Of a stretch of 64,000 bases of DNA, positions 13,601 to 24,898 are shown one piece after another. A program made the translations under genes and the position numbers. The stretch's first letter is position 1; each line of letters opens with the position of its first letter. The stretch is from Schmidtea polychroa (Eukaryota): NCBI GenBank assembly GCA_044892525.1, contig CM097886.1:1178001-1242000 (forward strand), written 5' to 3'. Under the pieces are notes generated by a model. That model was not told the origin of the DNA, searched no databases, and saw nothing but the letters and a program-made list of their open reading frames with translations.

Positions 13601-13994
13601 TTTCAATATTTACCCTCTTAAAATAAATGCAACATTATTTTTGATAAAATTCCCATTCAAAAATGGATTACATCCATTTTCTGGTTCAGATTTGACTAAC
13701 AGAGATTTAAAAGGAAGTGATCTCTAAATATTAACTTAATAACAATCAAAAATTAACTAAAGAATTAACTTGTAAAAAGGAATTGCTGAATTTCGCTTTA
13801 TATAATTTATAAATGTAATTTAATTCTCTTGGTTGTTCAACATGCATGTAAATAATATCTGATAAATCATAGAGATTTTTTACGACAAAAGATTTATCTT
13901 GAAATTAAATTACTTCAGAGATAAGTTTTAAAAAATTACCTGATTTATAGCAAAATGAAAATATAGATAAGACAATGATAACTGTACGAATCAT
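3277..13994 (-). CDS. PRADC1: Protease-associated (PA) domain-containing protein 1, secreted, 190 aa, 5 exons
   Basis: Exons 13994-13940, 13897-13770, 13723-13614, 6300-6142, 3397-3277 join in phase at GT-AG sites (573 nt). Protein: signal peptide MIRTVIIVLSIFSFCYKS, ...KSEPENGCNPFLNGNFIKNNVAFILRGNCTFVTKAIMSQKAGAIAMIVYD...IPSMFMIYEDG...PYNVSGIPTYLQKLTPWSLW*. This matches the PRADC1 layout, including the C-terminal PWxxW. Confidence 0.9.
3500..3760 (-). mobile_element. Decayed Gypsy-type integrase core fragment (PRADC1 intron 4)
   Basis: Minus-strand translation with stops: ERCTFYGKHMTQRSVRTLAVDMMGL...KYQLHSHRAFS...TAKAST...KGLPTMLIS. Resembles the zinc-binding/rve junction (xVDxxGP, KYxL, GxPxxxxSD). 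Confidence 0.45.
4380..4652 (+). mobile_element. hAT transposon 3' fragment (dimerisation-domain tail and right TIR)
   Basis: MSQ..LVDLATI..ECDYA..LELKELVETFARKARKIKS* resembles the ZMYM1/Tip100-type hAT C-terminus. Followed by the terminus AGCTGGCGCCGGCCCTG. Confidence 0.65.
4986..5430. mobile_element. hAT MITE with internal (TA)n
   Basis: TIRs CAGGCGCGTACGCAGG / CCTGCGTACGCGCATG. 8-bp TSD TCCTACTG / TCCGACTG (7/8 match). (TA)n at ~5225-5298. Confidence 0.8.
7530..7666 (+). mobile_element. hAT MITE left end followed by a (TA)n microsatellite
   Basis: CAGTGGCGTACCG...GCGCCTGGGGGCAA...GCGCCCC is a typical hAT end. The matching right TIR was not found (gap at 8121-8276). Confidence 0.5.
8121..8276. 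other. Assembly gap (other gaps: 21366-21625, 24949-25237, 60882-61069)
   Basis: Runs of N. The first three are flanked by simple or low-complexity repeats. Confidence 1.
8715..9111 (+). pseudogene. PDCD6IP: ALIX/PDCD6IP Bro1-domain N-terminal exon, decayed, antisense within PRADC1 intron 3
   Basis: Frame-hopping translation GYDQ...FKWDDAFSKDSLFGKKGSLK*..GGYERICV*FNIAAMYSQVAETANLSDDSGLKTADKYFQ matches ALIX (FTWKDAFDKGSLFG...GYEKSCVLFNCAALASQIA...GLKIAAKHYQ). Several stops and frameshifts. Ends at a GT donor-like site (9112). Confidence 0.8.
10691..12024 (-). pseudogene. Intronless DEDDh 3'-5' exonuclease ORF (REX4/ISG20/RNase T-like) with one in-frame stop and an upstream frameshift
   Basis: ORFs 11797-11459 and 11374-10691 share a frame and are separated by a single TAA (11461-11459). 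Joined: ILFIDAEY (ExoI, D at 11524)...MN*YRKII...IHGIT...ILVGHDLHAEL (ExoII-like, E for D)...VHSALEDV (ExoIII, H at 11122). Confidence 0.8.
12094..12180 (-). mobile_element. Helitron-like 3' terminus / mini-Helitron
   Basis: Minus strand: hairpin GGTATCC-TTT-GGGTACC 11 nt upstream of CTAG followed by T (CTAG = 12097-12094). Possible A^TC 5' end at 12180. Confidence 0.45.
12439..13091 (-). pseudogene. Decayed membrane glycoprotein ORF (env-like position after integrase)
   Basis: Frameshifted ORF with many N-glycosylation sequons (NGT, NET, NQT, NQS, NRT, NES, NET), a single C-terminal hydrophobic helix IVCVTLVTTLTILIIIVLI and a short tail. Begins ~40 nt after the integrase stop. No clear signal peptide or ATG. 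Confidence 0.5.
13133..13360 (-). mobile_element. Gypsy/Ty3 integrase C-terminal remnant
   Basis: With frameshifts: KECYDKRAWAHEIGDLVYINKP...KLRP...IVHVNRCKK...RYPLRS*. These are typical Gypsy integrase C-terminal motifs (YDKR, GDLV, KLxP, VHVNRxK, RYxLR). Confidence 0.7.
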
Positions 13995-14279
13995 TCAAAA
14001 AATCTTTAAAAATCAGAGTTTTTAAACAACCAATTTACAAAATTCGTAATATTTATGTTACAAAATGCAACTTCAATTTCATACTGCAAAATATTTATAT
14101 TTCAGATATCTAGATTTTAATATGAATTGTAAATGGGTAAAAAATTTCGCCAACGCTGATAAAAATTACTGAAGTTATTTAAATTTTTACAAATTTACAA
14201 CATGTTTATTTGTAAACATTTGTCATATTGTAAGAGATCAGGTCATTGTGTTGATGCATAAATATATATATTAACTGAT

Positions 14280-15600
14280 GGCCAAACGAGAAGAAGCAGA
14301 TGAGCGCCTATCTAAGGACTACTCCTTTGTCCCATTCCGACTCACTTCATCTGACTGCCGGTAGAAGGTTTTACGTCTTATCTTCACACAATGTTCGCCT
14401 ATCGTTCCGTCGTTACTTCCATCTAACTTGTCTCGAGATATATTGGAAGGACCTCAGTTTAACCATTTCGTCACCGCTCGGTATTTTTACCCCACTTCTA
14501 TGACTCAATCAACGAACTAATGAAACAGAACAATTTACTACTACAAAAAGCATTACACCACCACATTTTGACATAAAGAAAAATTAAAAACAACAACAAC
14601 AACAAAACAATCGGATACGTTCAGTCTATTAAGTTCTAGATGAAACACTGAAGAATTAGTAAGGACCATGGTTCAAGTTTGATTCGCGGCCGCTTCAGCG
14701 AACAGAGCTTCGAGATCGAATAGCTCAGCAGCATTCTCTTCCGACGTCATACCAGTGGACGTTACCACTCGAAAACCCGGGGCCATACTGAGAGACTGCA
14801 TCATAACGTTTTTACTGGAAGATTGTGCACTAGCAAGATGTTTTTTTAGCCTGTCCTTCGAGTCGTCGCATTTTCTGCTTGTTCTTGCGCTCGGCGCGAG
14901 ATAATTGCCGATGTTTGGGTTTTTCCGGTACTGCTGCTTTCTCGATTGTAACAGGGGGTGGAGAGATTTTCGACGACACACGGCTAGTGCCTGTAATAAC
15001 CACTTCCGAGGTGGAAGGAGATAAATCGGCCTATACACAGTCGCGACACCCTTTCTTTGCTGGAATATTAAAGTGATCCAACCGATTGTGATAGAGAGGG
15101 AAAAGATTATCGGCTTCTGCAATCGGGATATCCACTATCTTTCTTGTAATTGTGGCCTGTAGATAGACCTTGTGCAAGGCCTCCGACTGCTCTTTGATAA
15201 GGGAGCGTTGGGTCCTACTCTCCTCAATTAGGCTCTTCCTGCAGTTGTCATTGCGGAACAGCTTCTTCTTCACCTCCTGCATTTGGGGTGGAGAAAATCA
15301 TGTTCCCTCGAGGTGGTCAGTCTTCTTCTTGAGAAGCCCTATCTGTGTTTGGAGAGTTCGGATAATACTGTTCTTGTCGGCACAAGAATAGCTAATTAGT
15401 TTATTTTCATTTCTACGTACTCAGTTATTTTTACTTCCCATTTCGATTGGTATTTTACTTTATTCTATTTATTTATCTGTTTTATTTTCGTCTTATTTTA
15501 TTTTACTGACTATTCCACTGCACTGTATCATTTTAATATTAAAAATTAAAAAATAGAAAAAATTAAGAAGCGCTGTGAATATCTCAGTTCTTAGCCCAAC
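14280..15600 (+). mobile_element. LTR-like sequence related to the 44793-46600 solo LTR, containing a decayed antisense ORF (~15390-14673)
   Basis: Shares blocks with the solo LTR: GCAGATGAGCGCCTATCTAAGGACTACTCC vs GCAGGTGAGCTCTATTGCTAAAACTACTCC, GCCGGTAGAAGGTTTTACGTC vs GCCGATAGAAGGTCTTACGTC, and 3' end GTTCTTAGCCCAACA vs GTTCTAGCCCAACA. The 5' TG end and TSD were not identified. Confidence 0.6.
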
Positions 15601-16486
15601 AGTTATATGTACCATATTTTTTATTTTATTAAAATTGATTTAAATCAATCTATTCGTTCTCACTCTTTTATGTTATCTATTTGTGTTCTATTTTAGTTTT
15701 ATTTTGATTCTTTTAATGCAGGTTCCAAAAATATTTATCAGCAAGTCAGGGAATGTTTCCGCGTATTTTTACCTAGCTGATAAGAGAAGGTTACAACCCT
15801 AAAGTCACTGATTACACTGAGTATAGTAATTGGCATTATGTCGACTAGAAGGGCCACTGTACTTTAAGCGTTAGGTGTCATCTTAATCTCTAGTATTACT
15901 TTTATTACGGACATCCCAATCAAAATCTTGGCAATCCGTACTATCATTCTTAGGATCATTTATCATTTTTCCTAATCATTATTTGTAGTATCAGGGACAG
16001 AATAATCGTTACTAGGTATTTTCACTACCATCACTAGTCATCAATATTCGAATCGGCATATGTCTACATAAGATCAATGATGACAGGCTTAACATTTTCA
16101 GGATTTCTTTACGATTAATTCCACCGTTATCAGGACTACCCGGGGTATATTAATAAGATGGGCTCTTAAGAGTTCAACTATGGTTATGGTCAGGCATAAC
16201 TATCGTTAGCAGCACTACCATCATTAATTATCATTCACATCATAACTCGGAGTGCGACCAGTAATATCTATCCATGTGATGACTAAGGTTAACATTAGCT
16301 TTATGGTTATTAAAATCGTTGGTATTATTTTTCTTTGGGTTAATGCCGATGGCACCAGAATGATCACCCTTACACATACCTTCATCATCTAATTGTAAAA
16401 TTTAGCAATTATTATGAGGGTGGGGTATTTTACTTATGTATTTGATGACTCAAAAGAATGTTCAATTGAAACCCTGTTTCTCGTGT

Positions 16487-16680
16487 TCGGGTAAAAACAC
16501 GATTATCCGAGCACAAGAGAAGAAATAAAACGGCTGAAGATGAAGATTGACCAACCGGAGGGGACCTGGTTCACCCCGGACCAGATGAAGGAATCCACTC
16601 AGAAGGTGCTGATATTGGAACACTGCAGAGATAACCTCATCGAAGAGAGTCGGGTCCAACCTACCTTGATACGGGAGCAG
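16487..16680 (+). pseudogene. Inverted paralogue of the 15390-15200 ORF segment (unknown protein)
   Basis: SCSGKNTIIRAQ..EIKRLKMKIDQPEGTWFTPDQMKESTQKVLILEHCRDNLIEESRVQPTLIREQ aligns with SCADKNSIIRTLQTQIGLLKKKTDHLEGT*FSPPQMQEVKKKLFRNDNCRKSLIEESRTQRSLIKEQ on the minus strand. Confidence 0.7.
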
Positions 16681-18624
16681 TTTTGTCCTGTGTACTTTAC
16701 TTCATTTGTTAGTATATTTTTAAAAGACTAATAATTAAATCATCGCCGATTCTACCTTCAGTGTCATCAGTCACGCACCATCTTCCAGGAATCGATTTTA
16801 TCAAAATTTAAAGGACTAGATTTCTCTTCAGAAGTGACAAGCATCGACGTTGAGAAGGTCTGTAGAGGAGTAGTCTTAACACGAAGGCTCACCTGCTCTG
16901 TAGCTTTTGCCGAATTAGTACAATTCCAACATGGTTGCAACCATTGGTGTTTAGTCGTTATGAAGTAGTCATGCGGCGACTTTCTGGAACTTGTACTCAT
17001 CGCAACCTATGACCATACCCTCATTGTCACTTTTCTCATACATTCTCTTTGATTCGCTCGATAGTTAGAGCATTAGCCAAACATTATTATTAATATTAAA
17101 AATATTGTAAGCTTGTACTTCAAATTTTTTAGGCCGATATTTCTTTGTTGAAACATTCTTGTTCATCCTCAGGAAATTCTAGCCGGATGGTGTTCTCTTC
17201 CACATCAGTTCTTTCTGATTTTATTCTAATTTATTACAATTAATTGATTTTAGAAATTGAATAATTCTTTTCCCAAACATGATCGAAAGTGAAATTTATT
17301 TATTGTATATTTATTACTGAATTTTTATCGTTCAATATTAATTGTTTGTTTATCAAATTCAAAATAAATTGAATGCAATATGAAAAATTTATTCAGAAAG
17401 TTTAGAATAGATAAGTTTCATGTTTTCAAAGGTCATTTTTAATGTATCAATACATCCGTAAATGTCTATGAGAGAGTGTGCACGGTCATTGTTGTGCTAT
17501 TATTTATTGATTTTTCAGATAAATTATGGCGGTGGAACCGCAAATACGTAAGGATTTAGTGAGTTGGGGAGGGTGCAGATTCTATGGATGATTAAAGGCA
17601 TATAAAAATATAAAATATTTATTAACTAAAGACCAATGTCTCACAGGTCAAATGTTAAAAACAATCATAGTTCGAATTGTTTGGCCGTCTGAATAATTTC
17701 TCTGTTATAAAAGATGACATACATGAAACATTCAGTTCCAAATCTCTTGTTATTGGGTTAGCCGCGTCTCAACTCAATCATTGATATGTAGCTCAACTTT
17801 AATGTTCATATTTTTGAATAATCATTCATGAAATATATGAAAATAAATCTAATGCAGATATTTCATATGATTCCCCGTAGTTGGAATATTTATCATCCTT
17901 GTGGCCCTCTAAGTCTTTCAGAGCGGTCCTTGGACAATTATACGATATTTTGTAATTTTTAGATTTTTACTTAAATTTATAATTCAAAATAATACAACAA
18001 AATATTATAATTTATTTTACAAATAAAAAAAAAATCATCAGAAAATTAAAAATTTTCATAAAAGAAAAATAAAAATCATTTTTTTCGTTTGACTATTTAA
18101 TTAAAGAAAAATGCTTCTTGTATGATTTCAATAAAAAGATTTAAAATTAAATAAATTAATTTTAGTGCTAAATTTAATGAAATAAAGTAAACAATATCGT
18201 TAGTTTAATATTGCATTATTTATCGATCAATAATTTAATAGGTGAAATTGTCAGCTTTGTATGAAATTTATTAAGTGCTCGTGCTATTATCGAATTGTTT
18301 CACCATATTTCACCATTTTTGAAAAATTCTAATTATTTTTATTTCAACCACAAATAGCAGAAATGTAAAAATCACATTAGTTATTATTAATTTTACCTCT
18401 TACTTTTCTCGGGCACTATTGATTAATCAATTTCTCCATTTTTAAATTAATTTTGAATTTCAATTTGACATTTAAATTTTAATTGTACCGATTTATTTCA
18501 CCTCAACACGCATATATATAGAAACATTTGCCTGAAGAATGTGAGAAAAAATTCATAGATTTGGGCATTAAAGAGTCATTGTTTGAAATATTTTCACTGC
18601 GAATTAAAATTCAAAATTGAAAAT

Positions 18625-18862
18625 CACTGGCGTAGCCAGGAATTTATGAAGGTGGAAGGGGGGGGTGGAGTTGAGAAATATTTATTAATATTATGGTCAA
18701 TCATCAATAATCACAATGTACTGAGAGTACAGACAGATGTCACAGTAAATAAAATAATGGAAAAAGCGCCTTTATTTTTACTTATTAAGGGTTATGATCT
18801 TTTAGGCATTTGACGTCGACAAATATTTGTACATGAAAACCCCAATGGGGGGGGGGCTCATT
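18625..18862 (+). mobile_element. Truncated hAT MITE
   Basis: CACTGGCGTAGCCAGG left end plus G-rich subterminal runs. The right TIR is missing. Confidence 0.45.
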
Positions 18863-19814
18863 GATACGATAAATATCGATTCAATAATAAAAAATAAACT
18901 ATGTGAAATTTTTCTTAAATGTTATAAAAATAAAAAATATTGCACTTTTTGTTAGTATAATTGTCTTTTTGTAATTTTATCTTCTTATTAATAAAATTAA
19001 ATAAAACAACGAAAAGATATAAATATAACAATTAAAATTAACTTGTCCATTGTCACTTTTTTATTACACAGTGGAAAACTGTGAAAGACTAAACAAGATT
19101 GACCCACATGTATTTTATGGACATTTAATCTAAACTGCCTATTGAAAATATTGCCATCCCTGCTTAGTTTATAATTCAAAATATGTGATCCATTGAACAC
19201 ACCATGTTGATCCTAATTTAACGATTTTATGTTTAAAATTCAAGACACTCACCAAGACTTTATTCTTTTTAATGCAATAATTTGGTAAATAAAGAACACT
19301 TGATTATTATTATATAACGGTTGAAAAGACAACGTAAAGCAATTTATGATGGCGAGTTTTAGATAAAAATTATACATAAAATTCCAATAAAAGCATTTGA
19401 ATTATGTTACGCATGACTGAACTTGTCAATGGAATCAACAAATGATGTTAAAGCGTGGCACAAACATCAATTACCAAAACCAAATTAGTAGTAGTACTCC
19501 GGTACAGGCACAGGCCCGTGGATCATCAACCTACGGTATATTTTTTCAAATTTCCATTATAACCTTGAGTGCATGGTGTAGGTCGTTTTTATCCAAGTAA
19601 TAAACGGCACTAGTATGGTAAGGCTAAAATGCAAAAAATATGGCATTGAAATAATAATACGAACTTTTATTTCTTCCAATTTCACCACTGATTATTTTAT
19701 CCATTGAATTTAAAAGAGAGTTTCAAAAACGCAGTGCCGAAAATTCGTGAGTATCAACAAACATCGATATATTACTGATTTATACTCTTCAAACTCTCTT
19801 TTTAATAAATATAT

Positions 19815-20797
19815 GGCATTACTTTATATGGAATATGAAGTGATGAGCAATATTGATTGCGATATGATAATAGATAGTTTGCACAAGTTAAAGCAAGAAA
19901 AAAGCATATGGAAATACAGTAATTAACTGTTCCTTTTTATTTTTATTATTTTTTGATAATTTAGTTTATAGAAATAAGATTTAAATGAAATTGTTTTTGT
20001 TTAATTTATTTCATTAAATTTAATTAATATTGTTTTAATAATATTTTTTTAATATTTTAATTAATATTTAATTAATAATTTTTTAAATACATGATAGAAA
20101 TTAATCAAGGATATTTTCAAGAGACATACAACTAATTTGAACAAAGAATTTATTGTAATTAATATTGTTGAAGATCTTGACCATCACCAGAGATATCATT
20201 GTTAATAAAACAATAAAATGATAATTTAAGTCTTGCTGCAAGTAATGTATTTAATAAAAAATTTTAATTCTGATTTTTACAAATTTGTACAAGCAGAGGC
20301 GATTTTAACGGTGTGAGGGCCCGTGGCGGTAAAAAAACGGCCCTCTACCCTATAAATTATATGGATAAATTAAAATTGTAGTGCCTCTGACTAGCACTAT
20401 TATCAATTTAATAATTAAACTAAAAATATATTATTAAATTAATTAAATTAAAATAAAAAATTAAAAATGATAGTTTAAATAATCCTTTACTTCTCACTTT
20501 TTTCAAAAATATTCATCAAATTCAATTTAAAAAATCATTAAATTAAAAATATGTCTAACGAAGTCACTGAAGTCGAACAAGTTGAAGAAACTGAACAAGT
20601 CAAATCAATTGAAGCAGTTACTGAAGAAATTGAAGAATCATCAAATCGAGTCAAAATCAATGGATCAAATATACCAGAAATGCAGGAAACAGAAACCTTC
20701 GTCTGATTAACAATGATATCTCTGGTGATGGTCAAGACCTTCAACAATATTAATTATAATAAATTCTTTGTTCAAATTAGTTGTATGTCCCTAGAAA
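19815..20797 (+). mobile_element. Cluster of hAT relics: dimerisation-tail fragment, left end at 20295, acidic N-terminal ORF 20551-20706
   Basis: ALLYMEYEVMSNIDCDMIIDS..QVKARKK (19815-19915) and a CAGAGGCGATT...GGGCCC end. ~92-bp inverted duplication 20113-20205 / 20706-20797. Confidence 0.5.
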
Positions 20798-21720
20798 AAG
20801 GCAGTGCTGAAAATTCATGAGTATCCGGATATATATAAAATAGATTGCTTGACTATGAATCAGTAAATATATCAAAAACATCGATATTATTTACAAATTT
20901 ATAGTCAAGCTTTTTAACCCTTAAATGCGTGAATTTTTATTTTGTATTGTATTAACACTGACCACGTACTATCACAATTATTATTGACAAAAAAACATAG
21001 ACAAAACATAGATTTTTTTTTTCACTTGAATCTTATTGCCAGACTAAAAAAATATATCGCTGTCATTAATCATAAATAATTATATTTAAATATTTGGTAC
21101 GATGGAAATTCCCATCACAATGCATTTGAAGGTTAATAAATACAATGGAAAAGAAATCAGTGGTGAAATTTGAAAAAAATGTTCTTATATCTTATATTCT
21201 TATAGCTTTTGGGTGGTAGAGGCTTTAATAATAGTTGTGATAACCATATTTACACTAATAATAGCAATAATAATAATAATAATAATGGTAATAATAATGG
21301 TAACAGTTGCAGTAATAGTTGCAGCCAAAATCATAATAATACTGATGATGAAAGCTATGATAATANNNNNNNNNNNNNNNNNNNNNNNNNNNNNNNNNNN
21401 NNNNNNNNNNNNNNNNNNNNNNNNNNNNNNNNNNNNNNNNNNNNNNNNNNNNNNNNNNNNNNNNNNNNNNNNNNNNNNNNNNNNNNNNNNNNNNNNNNNN
21501 NNNNNNNNNNNNNNNNNNNNNNNNNNNNNNNNNNNNNNNNNNNNNNNNNNNNNNNNNNNNNNNNNNNNNNNNNNNNNNNNNNNNNNNNNNNNNNNNNNNN
21601 NNNNNNNNNNNNNNNNNNNNNNNNNTTTATGTTGCGAATAATGAATTTAATAAAAAAATTTCGAATATAAGATAATCCTTGTCAATCTCCTGGAATTTAA
21701 CAAACTTGTTCCTTAACATA

Positions 21721-22502
21721 CATTTCTATCTTTCTTTTATTTCCTTTTTCTTACTTCTCATTGGTTATTTTACCTTTGATCAAAATATCTATTGGAAACC
21801 CGAGCTAATGGGAAGCCCGAGCCAATGGAAAATCCGAGCGAAGAAGAAAACCCGAGCAATTTGGAAGGATAAACAAATGGGGAATTCAGAGAGCAATTAT
21901 CCAAGCAGTCGGATAAACGAAGGTAGACAAAAGAAGGGGAATTAGGAAGAGGGTCAACAGAAATAGCTAATTATGGAATGATAACTAAGGAAGTCCAATC
22001 CAATTAGGTCAAAAATAGGGCAATTACAACGGTTATGGGAGTATATAAGGAAACTCCAAATTCACATAATCGGCGATAGCTTTAGGTAGGGAGGAAGAAA
22101 ACGACATTAGGAGTTAGAGGAATAGAATAAAAGAAGAAAAAGAATTATAGGAAAAACTGAAGAGTTAGACAAGGAGTGTCAAAAGAGATTGGATAAGAGA
22201 GCGGAACTAAATCAAAAGGTGAAACTTAATTTTTTAATCATACAAGGTTGAAACCTTCCAGAGCGGGGTCCGATCTGAAATTGTGTGAGAATTGTGGTTA
22301 ACACACAGTGTAATTAATTGTTGAGAGTTGTAAATTTTTATAAAACAACTATACGTTGGAGTTTGTGTTTATTGATTTTGGAACACGTGGAGTCAGAGTA
22401 ACCAACGGTTGATTTTGATATCATAAAACCCAACAGTATACTATATTTATATTTATAACCAATGAGAAGTAAGAAAAAGGAAATAAAAGAAAGATAGAAA
22501 TG
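21721..22502. mobile_element. TIR-bounded element of unknown family
   Basis: Perfect 48-bp inverted repeat 21721-21768 / 22455-22502, with subterminal CCGAGC repeats. No TSD established. Confidence 0.5.
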
Positions 22503-22626
22503 TTCGGGAAGAAGATTGCTAAATTCTTATAGTCGAAAATTTTTTCATTCAATACAAAAATTCACAGCAAAAGGCTTGAATTATCACTTTATTGTTTTAA
22601 ATAATAAATGCTGCTACCAAGAAATC

Positions 22627-22635
22627 ATTAATAAT

Positions 22636-22711
<76 letters not shown>
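22627..22711. repeat. (TAA)n microsatellite
   Basis: Direct inspection. It explains the spurious poly-Tyr ORF. Confidence 0.95.
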
Positions 22712-22986
22712 CAATTAAATGATAATATAAGCATTTTCTTATGAAGTATATATTCAATAAAATGAAAGAATTTTCAACTGTAAAAATAATACTTTTAAAT
22801 TTTCTGGAATTTAGTTGTTTCAATTTTCAAATGTTAATCTTCTCTTTTATTTCCATTTTCTCAATAGTTCAAAATAAATCTTTTTTAAGAATTTAAAATT
22901 AAATTTACTCTAAAATTCAAATTAAATAAAAAAATTCTAAGTTTTTAAAGCTTTTACAACTGATTTTTTATTTTTTTTAATAAATA

Positions 22987-23450
22987 CAGGTATATCTCGG
23001 TAATATGGTTCCAGAGTCATTTTTTTTCAATGCAAGTCATTTGCTCTTTTTTCACTCGCTGCATCTTAAAACTTGTTTACACTATCATTTATTATTTGCG
23101 CAATAGCGCTAGGCTAAAAATAACAGTTTCAATTTAAAAATAAAATACGTATAAAGGGTAATACTTGTCATATGAGCCTTCAACAAATCGAATTCTGTTT
23201 CTTGGTGAAGAGTCTAGCGTTAATGTTGATGGTTGTTGAGGCGATGATGGATGTTGAATGATAGTATATAAATGTGTGTGTATTCGAGTCACTGGCTTAA
23301 AATAAGATGTCAATGACTTTTGCTTCATTGAATTTCAAGAATTTCAGTGTAGCCTGTGATGTCTTTTAGCAATATTTTGCCAACTTTCGAAGTTATCAAT
23401 TCCGACTCTTCTTTTTACTAGATTGCGTTATTAGACGTATTATTAGAAAA
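22987..23450 (-). mobile_element. pogo/Tigger-like transposon 3' fragment
   Basis: TA|CAGGTATATCTCGGTAATATG terminus. Minus-strand C-terminal KQKSLTSYFK motif typical of pogo/Tigger transposases. Confidence 0.5.
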
Positions 23451-23748
23451 TTTAACGTATATTCATCAAAAACATTTACTTTTAATTACAGTTATAATTA
23501 ATAACGTATTATAAACATAACTTTTGTTCAATAACATAAACTGCGCCGCCAGATGATGGGCAGCATGAAAATCGGCGCCGACGTGAACGTGTTAAATCAT
23601 AATTTCATACAATTAATATTGAATTAGCAACAAATTTAGAGATTAATTAATTAATTCATCAAATTATTGGTTTCAGATGCAGTATTTGATATTGATTATG
23701 ATGGTAGACTGATGATGAGGAGCATTTCTTCGAAATATATTTCTATTA

Positions 23749-24176
23749 CAGTAATACCCCGCACTTACGTACACTTTGGGACCGGAGCGTGTACGTAAAA
23801 CAAAAATGTACGTAAAATGAATCTACTGCTTTTATTGATGAATAATATGTTTGAAATAAACTAAAACAATAAATATATAAATAAAAAGAAAAAGAAAAAG
23901 AGGGATATTATGCATGTAGTTTTATACTTTTATTTCATACAAAATTTAGGATCCATAGAAATAATGTACACACATAGTAAACACGTTGTTACAAGTGTAC
24001 ATTCATAACTTATTAGCCTAGTACATAATTTTTTCTCCATAAATTGCAAAACCAGAAAAAATGTAAGTAATAAAAGTACTTGTACGTAAGTGTGAATCAT
24101 TGTACGTATAATGGGCAAATGGGGACAAAAATGAGATGTACGTAAGTGCGAGTGAGAGTAACACGGGGTATCACTT
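23749..24176. mobile_element. Tc1/pogo-type MITE
   Basis: TA|CAGTAATACCCCGCACTTACGTAC ... GTACGTAAGTGCG[14-nt insert]GGGGTATCACTT|TA. Internal TGTACGTA motifs. Confidence 0.7.
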
Positions 24177-24898
24177 TATCTGGCGTATTCGTTTATCTAT
24201 TTGAAATTTCTCATCATTTTTCCTTATATAAAAATATAAAATTGCTCATTTTAATTTGTATTATTTCTGTACAAGTTTAAACACTTAGTTCATAAAAATT
24301 ATGGAAATTTTTGTTATTTACTGTAGAGAATTCTGAAGGGAAAGGGATTGTAGCTAGGTTAACTGGGTAATTGAAAATTTCCTCTAACAGTTGAATACAG
24401 ATTTCCTAGACACAATAGGCTCTTAGCAAACCTCGGAGAATGATTCTGAGAACCTGATATACGACAACCGTTGTCGTATATTCACAATTCTGAGACAATA
24501 AAGTATCAGTTTCCATGAAAAAATATAACAAGACTCAAAAAATGTTTCGATTTTTCAATGTTAAATGTTGATTTGACCCGTTGGTTATCGTCTGGAATCA
24601 TTCAATCCGACGCCTAACGGTATGATTAATGTAAAAACTGTCTGTTTATCAATCGCTGAAATTTGTCATATCGAATTTGGTGTTTGGTCGAAAATGTATT
24701 TCATAGTGAAATATTTTAGTCACTCCAAACCAAATTTCAAACACAATTTCATCAGACAATAAAAAAATTTGCTCCCACCTTCCCACTGAAACAACTGAAA
24801 ATCATTCAGAAAAATTTGTGACTAACAGATTGCAATAATGAATAATAATAATTCTTTATTGAAAATGAAATTGTTTGGCAGATATTTCATATACATAT

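Noticed and set aside
15271-15273. TGA aligned to Trp, suggesting an alternative genetic code
   Set aside because: Host genes end in TGA (PRADC1, CHCHD7), and the ORF has other lesions; a simple nonsense mutation explains it.
16741-16968. NHWCLVV resembling a Ulp1 protease motif
   Set aside because: No catalytic Asp or Cys context; the coding strand of this segment could not be determined.
21209-21670. Asn- or Ile-rich ORFs spanning N gaps (also 8050-8328, 24838-25326, 60866-61081)
   Set aside because: Artefacts of AAT-type low complexity and untranslatable gaps.
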